Positions 52,361 through 64,000 of a stretch of 64,000 nucleotides of DNA are shown here, piece after piece. The position numbers and the translations under genes were made by a program. The notes below the pieces were generated by a model, which saw only the letters and a program-made list of their open reading frames with translations, searched no databases and was not told the origin of the DNA. Origin of the DNA: Octopus sinensis (taxonomy: Eukaryota); assembly GCF_006345805.1 (NCBI RefSeq), contig NC_043004.1:59520001-59584000 (forward strand), read 5' to 3'. Positions within the stretch are counted from its first letter, which is position 1. Each line of letters starts with the position of its first letter.

Positions 52361-53364
52361 TATGTGTATGAATACTGTTGTAGACATAGCTGTACCTGAT
52401 AAATGAACATTGCTTCATAAAGTGTAATTTCTCACTACACCAGTTACACTTGTACACTTGTAATTCTTTTCTGCGCGATAGTTTCGGAGTGGATTTTAGG
52501 ATATGGAAATTGTGCAGAAAGCCATTTGATTTTTACCAAAAGTGTAAGGAATAACATTCATATCCTTTAGCACCCGTGATGGGTTCTAAACTATTGGAAG
52601 ATACCGGACAATTATGAACTCTTATCAAGGCAAAGAATGTGGCGCTTTACTAGGCAATATATTAATTACATCACATATTCACATATAGGTTTGTGTGTGT
52701 GTGGTTCTTTTTATATGCTTATACAATTATATGTATACCCACACAAAGCTATTTTGGAAGGTTTCTCCCTTATTTGTTCATATAGCTATATGTACTTTTA
52801 CGACTTTGAATCAATAATCTGGGAGGGATTGGTTGAGAAAATTTGTCGGGAAACGCTTCCTCGTTTTGGTAATTTCTAATGCTGCTAGTGTTGTATATAT
52901 ATATTTATAATCAAAACACTGCAACTATGCACAGGACCTCTGACAAATTATACAATGCTAATTTGGTTGTATACAAAACAGCTACAGATGAGTTCTGATA
53001 TCGGAACCAGTTTCACTATTTCTCGTTTCGTCCTTATTGTTAGTTAATTAAGATCTTTGAATATGTTCGCTGTGATTCACAAGCGTTGTGTAGAAATATA
53101 TTCATCAACTATGCTATTATTTTATTCAGGAATAGAGAACGAAAACCCTATTTTGGTAGCAACGCTTCACTAGTGTTGCATATTATAAATGGTCACACAT
53201 TAACTGACTCTTCATATATTTATTTATTCCTAATGCGTGTATCTAAGGCAATAAACATTGACATAGTGTATAATTATGTTACTTGATATCCAGAGCATTT
53301 CACGGTGACAGTATAACTAATAAATATTATAGCATTCGTTCCTCTATTTAGAAATACAAAAATT

Positions 53365-53535
53365 ATGGAAGAGAACAATTATCTTATGGCAACTACAGTT
53401 AAATTGCTAGTTTCAGCACTTCCTCTGATTTGCATTAACCTCGTTGTGTGTCATTCCAAGGATTGGGTTTCGAATCCCAATTTCATTCTAGTTGAAAATG
53501 ACACAAAGATCTCTTCTGATTTATGTATCGTTTAG
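53365..53535 (+). CDS. Candidate small ORF or exon with a signal-peptide-like N-terminus
   Basis: MEENNYLMATTVKLLVSALPLICINLVVCHS-KDWVSNPNFILVENDTKISSDLCIV*. Acceptor-like CATTCGTTCCTCTATTTAG at 53333-53351. No homology recognised. Confidence 0.22.
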   Translation: MEENNYLMATTVKLLVSALPLICINLVVCHSKDWVSNPNFILVENDTKISSDLCIV

Positions 53536-54759
53536 AAATATATAAAACCTCCTCAGTTAAGTAAAGCATTAGTTTCATGAAATATATATACGCTTCACCC
53601 ATCTATCACAATCCGTATTCACTCTGTTGGAGACTGTAGGAATGGTTTCAAAATCAAAGTTTAATCTTAAAAGTTTAAGTTTCATATTAGTGATTATGCT
53701 ATATTCATCAATTCAATGATTTCCTCAGATTAAAGCAGCGACCTAACAGAATAGACTTTTCCTTTCGTCCTTCGATGAAATAAGTACCAGTTGAACACTG
53801 GGATCGATCCAATCAACTTAGTTCCTTCCGCGTAATTTCTGGCCTTGTGCCAAAATTTGAAACCAATATTTCTATTCTTGCTTAGAAATACGATTTCCAA
53901 TTGTGCCAAGACGATTTTTGCTGTAATTTTTATCTTACGTATGACAGCTGAACCCATATAGAATTTTACTAGAATTGGCGTAGAAAACTGCCAAAACAAT
54001 ATTTGATAAACGAGTGAAGTTCTGAATTATAGCAAAAAAATTCACACGTGAGTTACGGCGTCGAAATTAGGTTTCTTTCGTTTCTACTCCCACTTTTTTT
54101 TTCCTTTTGGAATGATCATATGGCAGAATAAGGAATAATAAGAAATCTACAGAAATGAAAAAGCGAGTAAAACAGTATTTGACGTATGATAAAACCATAA
54201 ACTAAGCACAAAAGAATGGGAGATGATGGAAAATATGGAGAATTACATTGTCATTTTATTTGTGGTTTCACAATTGTTTGTAAATTTCTCACAACTATCA
54301 AGTGGGTGGTTCAATCTGCTCCATTTCTCAATTTGAATGCTCCCTTCGCGGAATGGATACAACCGCAGGCACAAGGAGCTGGGATATTTTATCATTGCAT
54401 TAATCGTCAGGTTTCAAACTCTACGTCGTATATCCCGATTAAAGTCCTTACGTGGTCAATAAAAACAAAGTACGAGATATGAATTTAAAGCAGTTTAGAA
54501 AAAAAAAGAATGAATAAAGGAAATTGGCTTTACTAGATGTTACTTTACGTTGAAAATAGTAAAATTAGAGCAAATTTTTTTTTTTTAATTGGCTGCTCTA
54601 GAAGGACATCTGTGCCCACTGTCTGCGCAGGCTTGCCGATATTAGTAAGGTTGGCTGTCATTTTGATCTACTACGAATCGAGTCACTACTTATTCAAGTG
54701 AATTGCTTTAACGTGAGGAAATCAGTGATTCTGAATTTTAGCCAGCAATTTCATAGGAG

Positions 54760-54930
54760 GGGTACAGGAGATTACATCAAATCTAGCGTTTAACTCGTAC
54801 TGATATCTTCGAGCGCTGAAGGATGAAAAACAAAGTCAACCTCGGCGGAATTTGAGCTCAAAACGTAAAGACGGTCGAAATATTGCTAAGCATTTTGCCC
54901 GGCCTGCTAACGTTTCTGCCAAATCGCTGC
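54760..54930 (-). mobile_element. Degraded SINE family A
   Basis: CAAAGTCAACCTCGGCGGAATTTGAGCTCAAAACGTAAAGACG. Confidence 0.6.
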
Positions 54931-55253
54931 CCTAAGCCAAATGGGAATATTGCCGCATGAAGACAGTTCATGTAAGTTACCCTGTCACTGTTCTTATTTC
55001 TTGGAAGCCTAAAATTGGCCTCTCCAAACCGGCAAGTAGGTTTTGTTATCAATAAGAGTGGTAGGTTTAGCCATGTTGTTGCTACTGTTGTTATTCTTCA
55101 TTTTCTTGTTATCGATTTGCTGTTTAGTTGAGCTTGTTGCAGCTGTTGTTGCCGTTGCTTTCATCATGCATCAGATCGAATCGAGCTGATTCATGGCGCA
55201 AATCCTTCCAAGTACGATCAGCTGTTTATTTAATCAGACAGAATTCCGAGCAC

Positions 55254-56374
55254 TACACGAGTTGGCATTAAAACATTCCGGACCACTTACGTTTAGTAAG
55301 AAATAACTTATTTGCCAAAGAATTAACATTATCTCCTAGTAACTAGTTCCAGCGTTCCTACCACTAATGGAATCCGGCCTTATGGATTCCGGTGAGTCGA
55401 AGATCTTCTGCGATTCGCGCTGGTTCTCGAAAATGGTGTTAAAATAGCAACCTATTTCTTTATTACCCACAAGGGACTAAACATAGAGGGGACAAACAAG
55501 GACAGACATAGGTATTAAGTCAATTACATCGACTCCAGTGCATAACTGGTACTTAATTTATCGACCCCGAAAGGATGAAAGGCAAAGTCGACCTCAGCGG
55601 AATTTGAACTCAGAACGTAAAGACAGACGAAATACCGCTAAGCATTTCGCCTGACATGCTAACATTTCTGCCAGCTCACCACCTTGGTGTTAAAATAGTA
55701 ACCGTTGAGCTGCACTTTCATCTTGGACAAGAGACGAAAGTCCGCATGTACTAAATCTGGCGAATAGGGCGGGTGCAAAAGCGATACAATATTGTTTTAG
55801 CAAACACTTATGAGTGAGAAGATCTTGTTGAAGAGTCTGGTTGTTTGCGCTTCATAAATCCGGTCGCTTTCGCCGAATTTCGTCCCTCAAACGCTTTAAA
55901 ACGTCGAAGTAGAACTCGATTGATAGCCTGGCTCTGGGTACAAATTCTTGATGCACAATAATACATTTCCGAGAATGACGCGTGTAGCATGTCTTCCAGA
56001 TTACTTATCGTCATCCAGGAACCACCTTCTGCTTCGAAAGGGCCCGTACCACTCGAAACATTATGTATGACCCATTTCCTCGTCACCATAAATTGTGGAA
56101 GCATGCTTAATATCACTGTAGCAGACATCCCAAGTTTAACGCAAAATTTGACGTTGGCTTTTTGCTCCTGTCCATGACATAATTCAGGTTACAGCATACA
56201 CGTGATCACAAAAACACAAATTTCACAATTTGCGAAGTAAACAGAACAATGTCCCTGGGTGGACAGCCTCATGAAGATCACTACTAGCTCTCACTGCACA
56301 TGCATCTGTATGCTTCCATCTGTTGGCGCGCTATAGAACTATCCCTGGTGCGATATTTTTGGTACGACCTCGTA
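55254..56374 (-). mobile_element. Internally deleted mariner (DD34D) transposon remnant with degenerate TIRs
   Basis: Minus strand EQKANVKFCVKLGMSAT, CFEWY, VHQEFVP, VLKRLRDEIRRKRPDL, HPPYSPDL. TIR-like ends TACACGAGTTGGCATTAAAACATTCCGGAC (55254) and ...TTTTTGGTACGACCTCGTA (56374). Confidence 0.8.
55453..55684 (-). mobile_element. SINE family A nested in the mariner, 19-bp TSD
   Basis: TSD TGGTGTTAAAATAG(C/T)AACC at 55434-55452 and 55685-55703. Confidence 0.92.
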
Positions 56375-58040
56375 TCATAAAATGTAACCCCTCCTTCTTT
56401 AAGATAGATACTGGTGGTATTAACGTTATTAAACTGTCATCTCTAGCATGTAGACTTACAAAACCTTACACTCTCAATGTTTATGATAGGCACCGATGCT
56501 TGGGATACAAGTGGATAACTCAATGTATCATTAACTGATAATTACCTGAGTTCCAATCCACCGGATGGATTGCATTGCTTATTTGGGCAGTTCTTTTAAA
56601 TCTGAGAATGGATGCCATGGTCACTGGAAATTTTACAAGATACATATTGCATTGTAATCATCTAAACTACCAAAGGAATCCGAGGCTGCACGACAGAGCT
56701 TAAAATTTACTCTAGTCTTGAGTTCAATTGTATTTTGCGTTTTACAATGCTCGTAAGGAGATACGAACTTGGGCACCGATTCAACTAACAAAGGGATATA
56801 ATATCTATATGGACATTAGTCTCTACTTAATCGTCAAACAATGTAATGATCATGTATTGTTTATAAAGCATCAGATTCCCTCGTTCAGTTACCTTTATTT
56901 TTATAATTGTATTACCAAAGCTGTTTTTCTTTTTTGTTTCTACTTTAATTTTTTTTTTATTCTTACTATTACGTTCTAAATGTTATACTACTTAGTCTGT
57001 GAATTCTTTTCTTTTAGTTTGACCTTTTATCAACAAACGTTATTCAAAGAATAATAGGAGACAATTAGATATCGTCTAACTTTCTCGACACTTTTATTCC
57101 AGGATAATAGTAAACTACCCAGGTCAAAAGGAAATGTTTTTCCTTTTCTTTTTTGAAAACGTTAAAAAACTTTAACCAAAATAGAGTTGAGAACAAAGGT
57201 CAAAAGCCTATAGAAATATTTTTTAGTTTTTCAGAACACAGGCCTTGTCAGAAAAGAATAAGTCGGGTTGTTTAGGAGAATATTTCTCACAAATTCTCTA
57301 TAAATGTACAATGAAGACTGATAATGAATAAATGCGAAAATGTCACCAACAATAAAACTATAATTTTTTCCTACATCGGCATAAGATTTACATTCCTTGA
57401 TGGGGAGAGAACATCAGAAGATGAGATATGCATTCCACTCCCAAGAACTTTAATCAACCAAATGAACTGATTTCAAATAGGAAATTAAAATTTAAAGTGC
57501 GAATTTGTATAAACAGTGAATTAGACACTAAACCTTGGATCGGCTAAACCTTTCTTGAGGGTAAATTGGCAGAGACGTTAGAAGAACATTCGAAATAACT
57601 TTCAGTGTTTACCCTGCTCCTTGTGTTCTGTTTTCAAGTCCCACCGTTTAGAATTTGGGAGGTAGATTTAATCCATCGCCCGGTTCAACACCACCTCTGG
57701 GCATCTATCTTGGAAGCGGGGCTTGAAATCGGATTAGCAGCTACAATCCTTAATTATATCCACCAGTGTATGAGGTTGTAAAAAAGATATGAGGACGACC
57801 CTTTCCCCCCACTAACTAAACGATAAGGAAAGGTTTTGTCTTGAAGTTTAAACGTCAGGATCCATGGCCAGATTGTAGCGCAATGCTCTTCAGCGTCGGG
57901 AAGAAATTAGGATACATTTTTAAAGTAATCTATTCAATTCTATCCTCATTATCAATTTATGTTATCATTAGAGGTAAGACTTACATGCGCGCGCGCGTGT
58001 GTAAAATAGGAGCATTGATATACTTGTTAATTCAACAATG

Positions 58041-58428
58041 GGAGGCGCAATGGCCCAATGGTTAGGGCAGCGGACTCGCGGTCATAGGATCACGGTTTCG
58101 ATTCCCAGACCGGGCGTTGTGAGTGTTTATTGAGCGAAAACACCTAAAAGCTCCAAGAGGCTCCGGCAGGGGATGGTGGTGATCCCTGCTGTACTCTTTC
58201 ATCACAACTTTCTCTCACTCTTAATTCCTGTTTCTGTTGTACTTGTATTTCAGAGGGCCGGCCTTGTCACTCTCTGTGTCACGCTGAATATCCCCGAGAA
58301 CTACGTTAAGGGTACACGTGACTGTGGAGTGCTCAGCCACTTACACGTTAATTTCACAAGCAGGCTGTTCCGTTGATTCGGATCAACCCAGAATCCTCGT
58401 CGCCGTAACCGACGGAGTGCTTCCTTAA
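58041..58428 (+). mobile_element. Chimeric SINE: GGAGGCGCAATG head with family C tail, 12-bp TSD
   Basis: TSD AATTCAACAATG at 58029-58040 and 58429-58440. Confidence 0.9.
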
Positions 58429-58799
58429 AATTCAACAATGCAATTACTTTTACCAGTGTTTAATATGATGTTCTGAAATGACTATGTTGCTTGTTTACTA
58501 ATTTTCTATTGGAGAGAAACTTTCTCCATTCTTCCCATGGTGACTGGAATAGCAGTAATTCAGCCGTTAAAAACTAATGTGGCTCTTACCATTAAAGTTA
58601 AATGTTAAATGTCTGGATTAGTTAAATAACGTAAGATAGAAGTCGGTACAAAACCGTTCTAAATAAACGGCAAAACAGGTTTAGTTGCATGTCAAGCTAT
58701 CATGCAGGTATATACAAAATATGACTTTACTGTTAAAAATGAATCTGTTTGGAATTATCTCAACATATTGCATTAATTTGACATAAAACAATGGTTTCA

Positions 58800-58915
58800 A
58801 ATTTTGTCAAAATTCCAGCTATTTCAGGGTAGGGGTGAAAGCTCATTTTATCGGCATAAAGTCGGACGAAAAGCATCTTGCCTGCATGGAAACGATTCTG
58901 CCAGCTCACCACCTT
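58800..58915 (-). mobile_element. Degraded SINE family A head
   Basis: GACGAAAAGCATCTTG...GATTCTGCCAGCTCACCACC. Confidence 0.45.
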
Positions 58916-59059
58916 ATATTTGGCATAAAATATCATTAACCAATTGTACACTTCTCACCCCACCGGATGACTTTAACCGTCTTTTGTATCTTGGAACTCG
59001 TTTTAAATATTACAAACGAGACGTCTAGCGGTGCAATATTCTATGGATCACAATCTGTT

Positions 59060-59900
59060 GAATCTGTAGTCCCACAGGTTTCGGTTCTGTCCCCTACTTC
59101 TGTACATCCTATACAGTAAAAACTATTCTGAGGCATCCAGCAACGCACTCTTCTAAGCTAATGATACGTTACACATCTTTAAATTCTTCACCAAAGAGTT
59201 ATCCATGTGTTATCCCAAACTATAACCACACTGACTCCAAAGATATTACAAGAACATGCGATAATAGATCATACTTATGTCGCGTCCTTCTAGAGAAAAA
59301 AAAAACAATCACTGCACGTATCAAGAAAGAATGATTGCCTCACAAATCCCCATTTACAAATGTACAGCATCATTGCATATGCTCACGATGTATTTAAATG
59401 TTAGGCTTCGCCATAACTGAGGATCTTTTCGGGGGAAAATATCATCAACATAACAGACATGGCCTTCATCTGCGTAACCATTCAGCTTCAACGATTCGTA
59501 AACGATCACATTTATTAGATGTGATATATACAGTTATGTTCCTATATCAGTCACGCCCATTAGCATCCAAAGAAAGGACACTCGGCTTACTGGCATAAAG
59601 TACTTCACTTATATATTCAGACCTCTGACCTACGAACCAACTGTGATCTCAGGCAGTCACTTCTAGCCGTACAGTTGCCTGTGATCCTTGCAACTGCCTG
59701 TCTTGCTCCAAACACAGATACTTCTCTTCCTACCCGTATACTGTTCAATTCCTTCATACTCACCAATAACCACCAGGCCAATCTCAATTCATCATTAAAT
59801 CGGCATTCTAAGATCCTTACCCCATCCTGTGCAGCTTCTGCAGCTAATGACTTACAACAGTTTGAGTGAATCCGATTTGTCCGGCAACAATGACCTCGTG
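59060..59900 (+). pseudogene. Heavily decayed LINE RT remnant (CR1/Jockey superclade)
   Basis: VVPQVSVLSPT (cf. GVPQGSVLSPT), F*ANDT (cf. YADD), LGFAITEDL..KYH (cf. LGLSITEDLSW..HI). Confidence 0.55.
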
Positions 59901-59969
59901 GACAATGGACAAAAGCTTTTTCAGAAAACACCCTCCCAAAATAGGGCATCCAACGTTGAGTAATCACTA

Positions 59970-60350
59970 GGCGCAGGACTGGTAAGTGGTTTACTTACGA
60001 ACCACATGGTTACGGGTTCAGTCCCACTGCGTGGAATCTTGGGCAAGTGTCTTCTGCTATAGCCTCGGGCCCACCAAAGCCTTGTGAGTGGATTTGGATG
60101 ACGGAAACGGAAAGAAGCCCGTCCTATATATGTATATGTGTGTGTGTTTTTGTGTCTGTGTTTGTCCCCCCAACATCGCTTGACAACCGATGCTGGTGTG
60201 CTTACGTTCTCGCCACTTAGCGGTTTGGCAAGAAAGACCGATAGAATAAGTACTAGGCTTCCAAAGAATAAGTCCTGGGATAGATTTGTTCGACTAAAAG
60301 GCGGTGCTCAAGCATGGCTGCAGTCAAATGACTGAAACAAGTAAAAGAGT
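59970..60350 (+). mobile_element. SINE family B
   Basis: Head-to-tail match with a small deletion in the head. Confidence 0.9.
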
Positions 60351-63300
60351 AAAAAAGTTAAAATCATTTAATCACAGAAATGTGTAATATAGTCAATAGC
60401 TGAACTTTATTCCTGATTTTTTTCCTGAATTCTTCTATCTTAGAATGAACGTAAATTACTTTATCTTTTATCTTGTAAGATATAAAGTAGCATTAAAATC
60501 TCTAGGCTGATGGATTTTCAGAAGCGTTAGAGAGTTAGGCAAAATACCTTATAGCATCTGCGCTCACTCTCTGCGTTCAGATAGCAATGCCTGCCATGAG
60601 ACTGGTGCAAAGCTGTATCGGCTGTCAAGCAACAGCATTATCTTAGGAAAACGTCATTGGTGTACAGTGACAAGAATTTCATGCTCGGATAACTACGCTT
60701 CTTCTTAAAAAAATATTACTCACGACTACACAGATACGTGCTTGTAAATGACGAACGCCGACCTACAAAATCTGCTCGATTAGAGTATTTTAGGTCATTT
60801 GAAATATTTAAGGGTCACTGGTGGATTAATTTCACATGAAATTTTACACTTAAATGTAAGTAAAATTGTTCCGCTTTGAAAACTTTATTGAGCAATTTTG
60901 TTTAATGTGATTTTGCGACAGAGAACTATTTGAAGGATTTTATTCTCTTGAATATCACAAAAATAATTTCTTTGTAGAACTCAAAACAGTATTCGGTGAA
61001 ACATAGTCCTTCGTATATTAAAATTCCAGAGCCTTTAATTTAGATTTCTCTTTCTCAGATTCTACTATTACTCCTTTTTAATTCTACTCTTCTGCCTCTC
61101 TTCCAAACTACACAATTTAGAAGTCACATACATCACATATATTGTTTTAAACCTTGACCTAAGTAAAATACTTCTAGAGCCAGTATCATACATTTAGACA
61201 GCTATTGTATAACAATCGTCAAAAATATCCTTAAGAATTGAAGTCTATTTCTTAATAGGAGAAACTAAAGCTATTAAGAATTATTTTCATTGGAAATTCA
61301 ATTTCACGCTTAAGGGAAAATATTTGTCCTTCGATATTTGCCTTTGCTAAATTTTGGTAATTATGTAAATTGGGCTAATGGAGTCCAATAAGCTTGTATC
61401 TGCATCCCACTTGCTAAAACAGATAAGAATACTTTCGTAATCATGAAAATCAGATTTTATATGAAAACCGCAGCTAAAGATTAGAAATTATCTGTTCTTG
61501 GCTTTGTGAGTAACGAATAACTGAGGCCAGGGTTTTGTTTCATTTCTTAAACGATGATACAGATTTGTATTCGTTGCGAAGTATTTTTGTATCCCATTTA
61601 TCTAGCTTAATTAATTAAAACTTGGACCATCCCGTAAGTGCTATAATAGTAGCAATTTTTGTTGCTATTTGGCTTTTGTTCATTCATTATATTGGGATGT
61701 TTGTAGTAAAAAGAAACAATGATGATAGTTGCCACTTTTAACGGTTCCCTCCTATGCTTGTCCGTTTGTTTAATTTTGCGGTGAGAATGACCAAGGAAAG
61801 AATTGCAGGACAGACTCTACAATAAGAGCCACCTGCAGTAAGCCTAATGGTAGAACCATAAACAAGATGGCTGGATAAGGTCCGTAGTCTCGAGTTGTTT
61901 CGTTTGGTGATGAAACCACATTATTTTACTGATAGTCATTTCTGATAAGATGTGATGGAATGTATATTTTAGTACACTATTTCTACGATTCTCTCGTGAA
62001 TCAGAGGGAAATGAAGTGGAACAAACAGACTGAATTGGTGAACTGAACTTACGATATCGAGATTTATAAACATAGTGTTTTGTTTTAGATTTGATCGACT
62101 CGATGCTGCTTTTTTTTTTCAGACTAAGAAAAGAGAAAAAGAAAAGTATTGTTTCAGTTGTTTATTTACTATCAGGTACTTCAAACTATCTCATCATTCT
62201 ATGTACTCATTCGATAAAGCAGAATGCTATTGGGATAGCATTATCTCCTCATACATTTTGAAGATACTCCATGATGTCAGAATCAGCTCTTGTGACATGG
62301 CGTCAGTGCTTGATCTGCGATTATTTAAAGCCCATCGCTTTTATATCAATCGTGCTGCTTTTTCTGTAGTGAATATACTTGCCGAACCACACTGTATTTT
62401 TAAAGTTGTAGGTGTGTGATATTCTCATCTAAAATTAGAAAACAAAGTAAGGTATTTAAGCATCATGACCAACCGCATAGAATTTCTGCTACGTGGGATA
62501 TATATACATATGTAGAAAAAATTGATTTATATAGTGGAAATTAATAAAAAGAACATGCATTGGTAAATATATATCCTATGCTAGTGACGCAAATATTATT
62601 TATAATAGAAAAAATAATAGCAAAAGAACAAACATAATTTATCTTTTAAGGAATATTCAGGGATGATTGTCAATATGTTATTCTCATAAGCGAATTAATA
62701 TTCAATAAATTTTGTGGTTCACGAATCAGTCATGAAAGTAGCTTTCTTACTATCACTAAATATATAGAAGTATTTAATCATTTTTTTTTCTTTTTTACCA
62801 CATCGATTATATTATTATGAATGTAACCGTTACTTATGTGAAACCTGAGGGAAATGAAATTTTATTTCAGCTGAATATACGCAGTAACATTGAATGCAAG
62901 CTCCCGTGCGCGCACGAACACACACATGTAAGCTCACATACCCACCACACACACGCAGCAAGGAGCTAATATCAGTTAGGAAAATATTCCAGTTGTGAAG
63001 ATAATAACTGTAAATATATATAACATCTAGTTGATAATTTAAAGTAACTTTTACTTTACAGAAAGTATTAAAGATAATGGAAGCAATATAAGTCAGAATA
63101 TGGTAATTCCAAATCAGGTTTTATGATGGTGGGTCTGCCAACTCAATTGTAGAGCTCTTGGAATAATTGGTACACGTCGTATATTTCAATTCCAGTCTAT
63201 AATACTGAGAATTCTAATAAACAATATGAATAAGAATAAAAATACTGTAGCGTTAAAATATATTAGTGGATTTAACTGCTTTTCTTTCAATAAAATAAAT

Positions 63301-63469
63301 ACGGGCCTATATATCTGCTCCCTCTCACACGCACATATATAATGCACACATGTGTAGTCGCGTGTTGTGTGTATATACATATATATGTAAACACGTATGA
63401 ATACATACACACACATATATGTACAAAAATACATATACATATATCTGTATATATGCAGACATATATATA

Positions 63470-63515
63470 TATATACAAACTTTTATATTTATATACATAT
63501 ATATGTATATATATA

Positions 63516-63546
<31 letters not shown>

Positions 63547-63586
63547 AACTTTTATATTTATATACATATATATGTAGATATATATA

Positions 63587-63617
<31 letters not shown>

Positions 63618-63639
63618 AACTTTTATATTTATATACATA

Positions 63640-63660
<21 letters not shown>
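63470..63660. repeat. About 70-bp minisatellite (x3) embedded in (TA)n
   Basis: AAACTTTTATATTTATATACATATATATGTA at 63477, 63546 and 63617. Confidence 0.88.
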
Positions 63661-63702
<42 letters not shown>

Positions 63703-63714
63703 GCATATAAATGT

Positions 63715-63717
63715 AAA

Positions 63718-63807
<90 letters not shown>

Positions 63808-63815
63808 ATATCTAA

Positions 63816-63869
<54 letters not shown>

Positions 63870-63875
63870 CTCTCT
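63715..63875. repeat. (TATC)n microsatellite
   Basis: Direct reading. Confidence 0.95.
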
Positions 63876-64000
63876 ATATATATATTTATGGACGCATGTT
63901 TGTATTTGTGTGGATATGTATGTATATTTCACCATGTTACATTACAATATAAATGCAGAGAGAAAAGTGAATGAGAGAAGAGATTTTGACACACATGTAC

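Noticed and set aside
54216-54482. 88-aa ORF in unique sequence
   Set aside because: No recognisable domain or convincing splice context; expected by chance at this length.
61740-61900. RTE-like words (RIAGQTLQ, TRWLD)
   Set aside because: Too short and decayed to support a feature call.

Overview
AT-rich eukaryotic genomic DNA dominated by (TA)n/(CA)n/(TATC)n microsatellites and several tRNA-derived SINE families. From memory the landscape matches octopod cephalopod genomes (inference, not a database result). No intact protein-coding gene can be supported, and almost all ORFs in the supplied track are microsatellite artefacts. Recognisable decayed elements are a near full-length CR1-group LINE (about 24.9-28.9 kb; CCCH-finger ORF1 plus APE-RT ORF2), a Penelope-type GIY-YIG endonuclease remnant (16 kb), two Tc1/mariner remnants (33 kb, 55-56 kb), an RTE fragment (41.5 kb) and a second LINE RT remnant (59 kb). 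The most interesting signal is RNA-structural. The window carries several sequence-unrelated type I hammerhead-ribozyme (HHR) cassettes with a minimal palindromic stem III, the dimer-dependent architecture known from Penelope-like elements. These include a tandem 556/583-bp retrozyme-like array with two intact HHRs (1.2-2.5 kb), an inverted duplication carrying an HHR on each strand (21.3-21.45 kb), an HHR with an extended stem II (30.3 kb) and a family with a recurrent core variant. All ribozyme calls are by-eye folds and untested.
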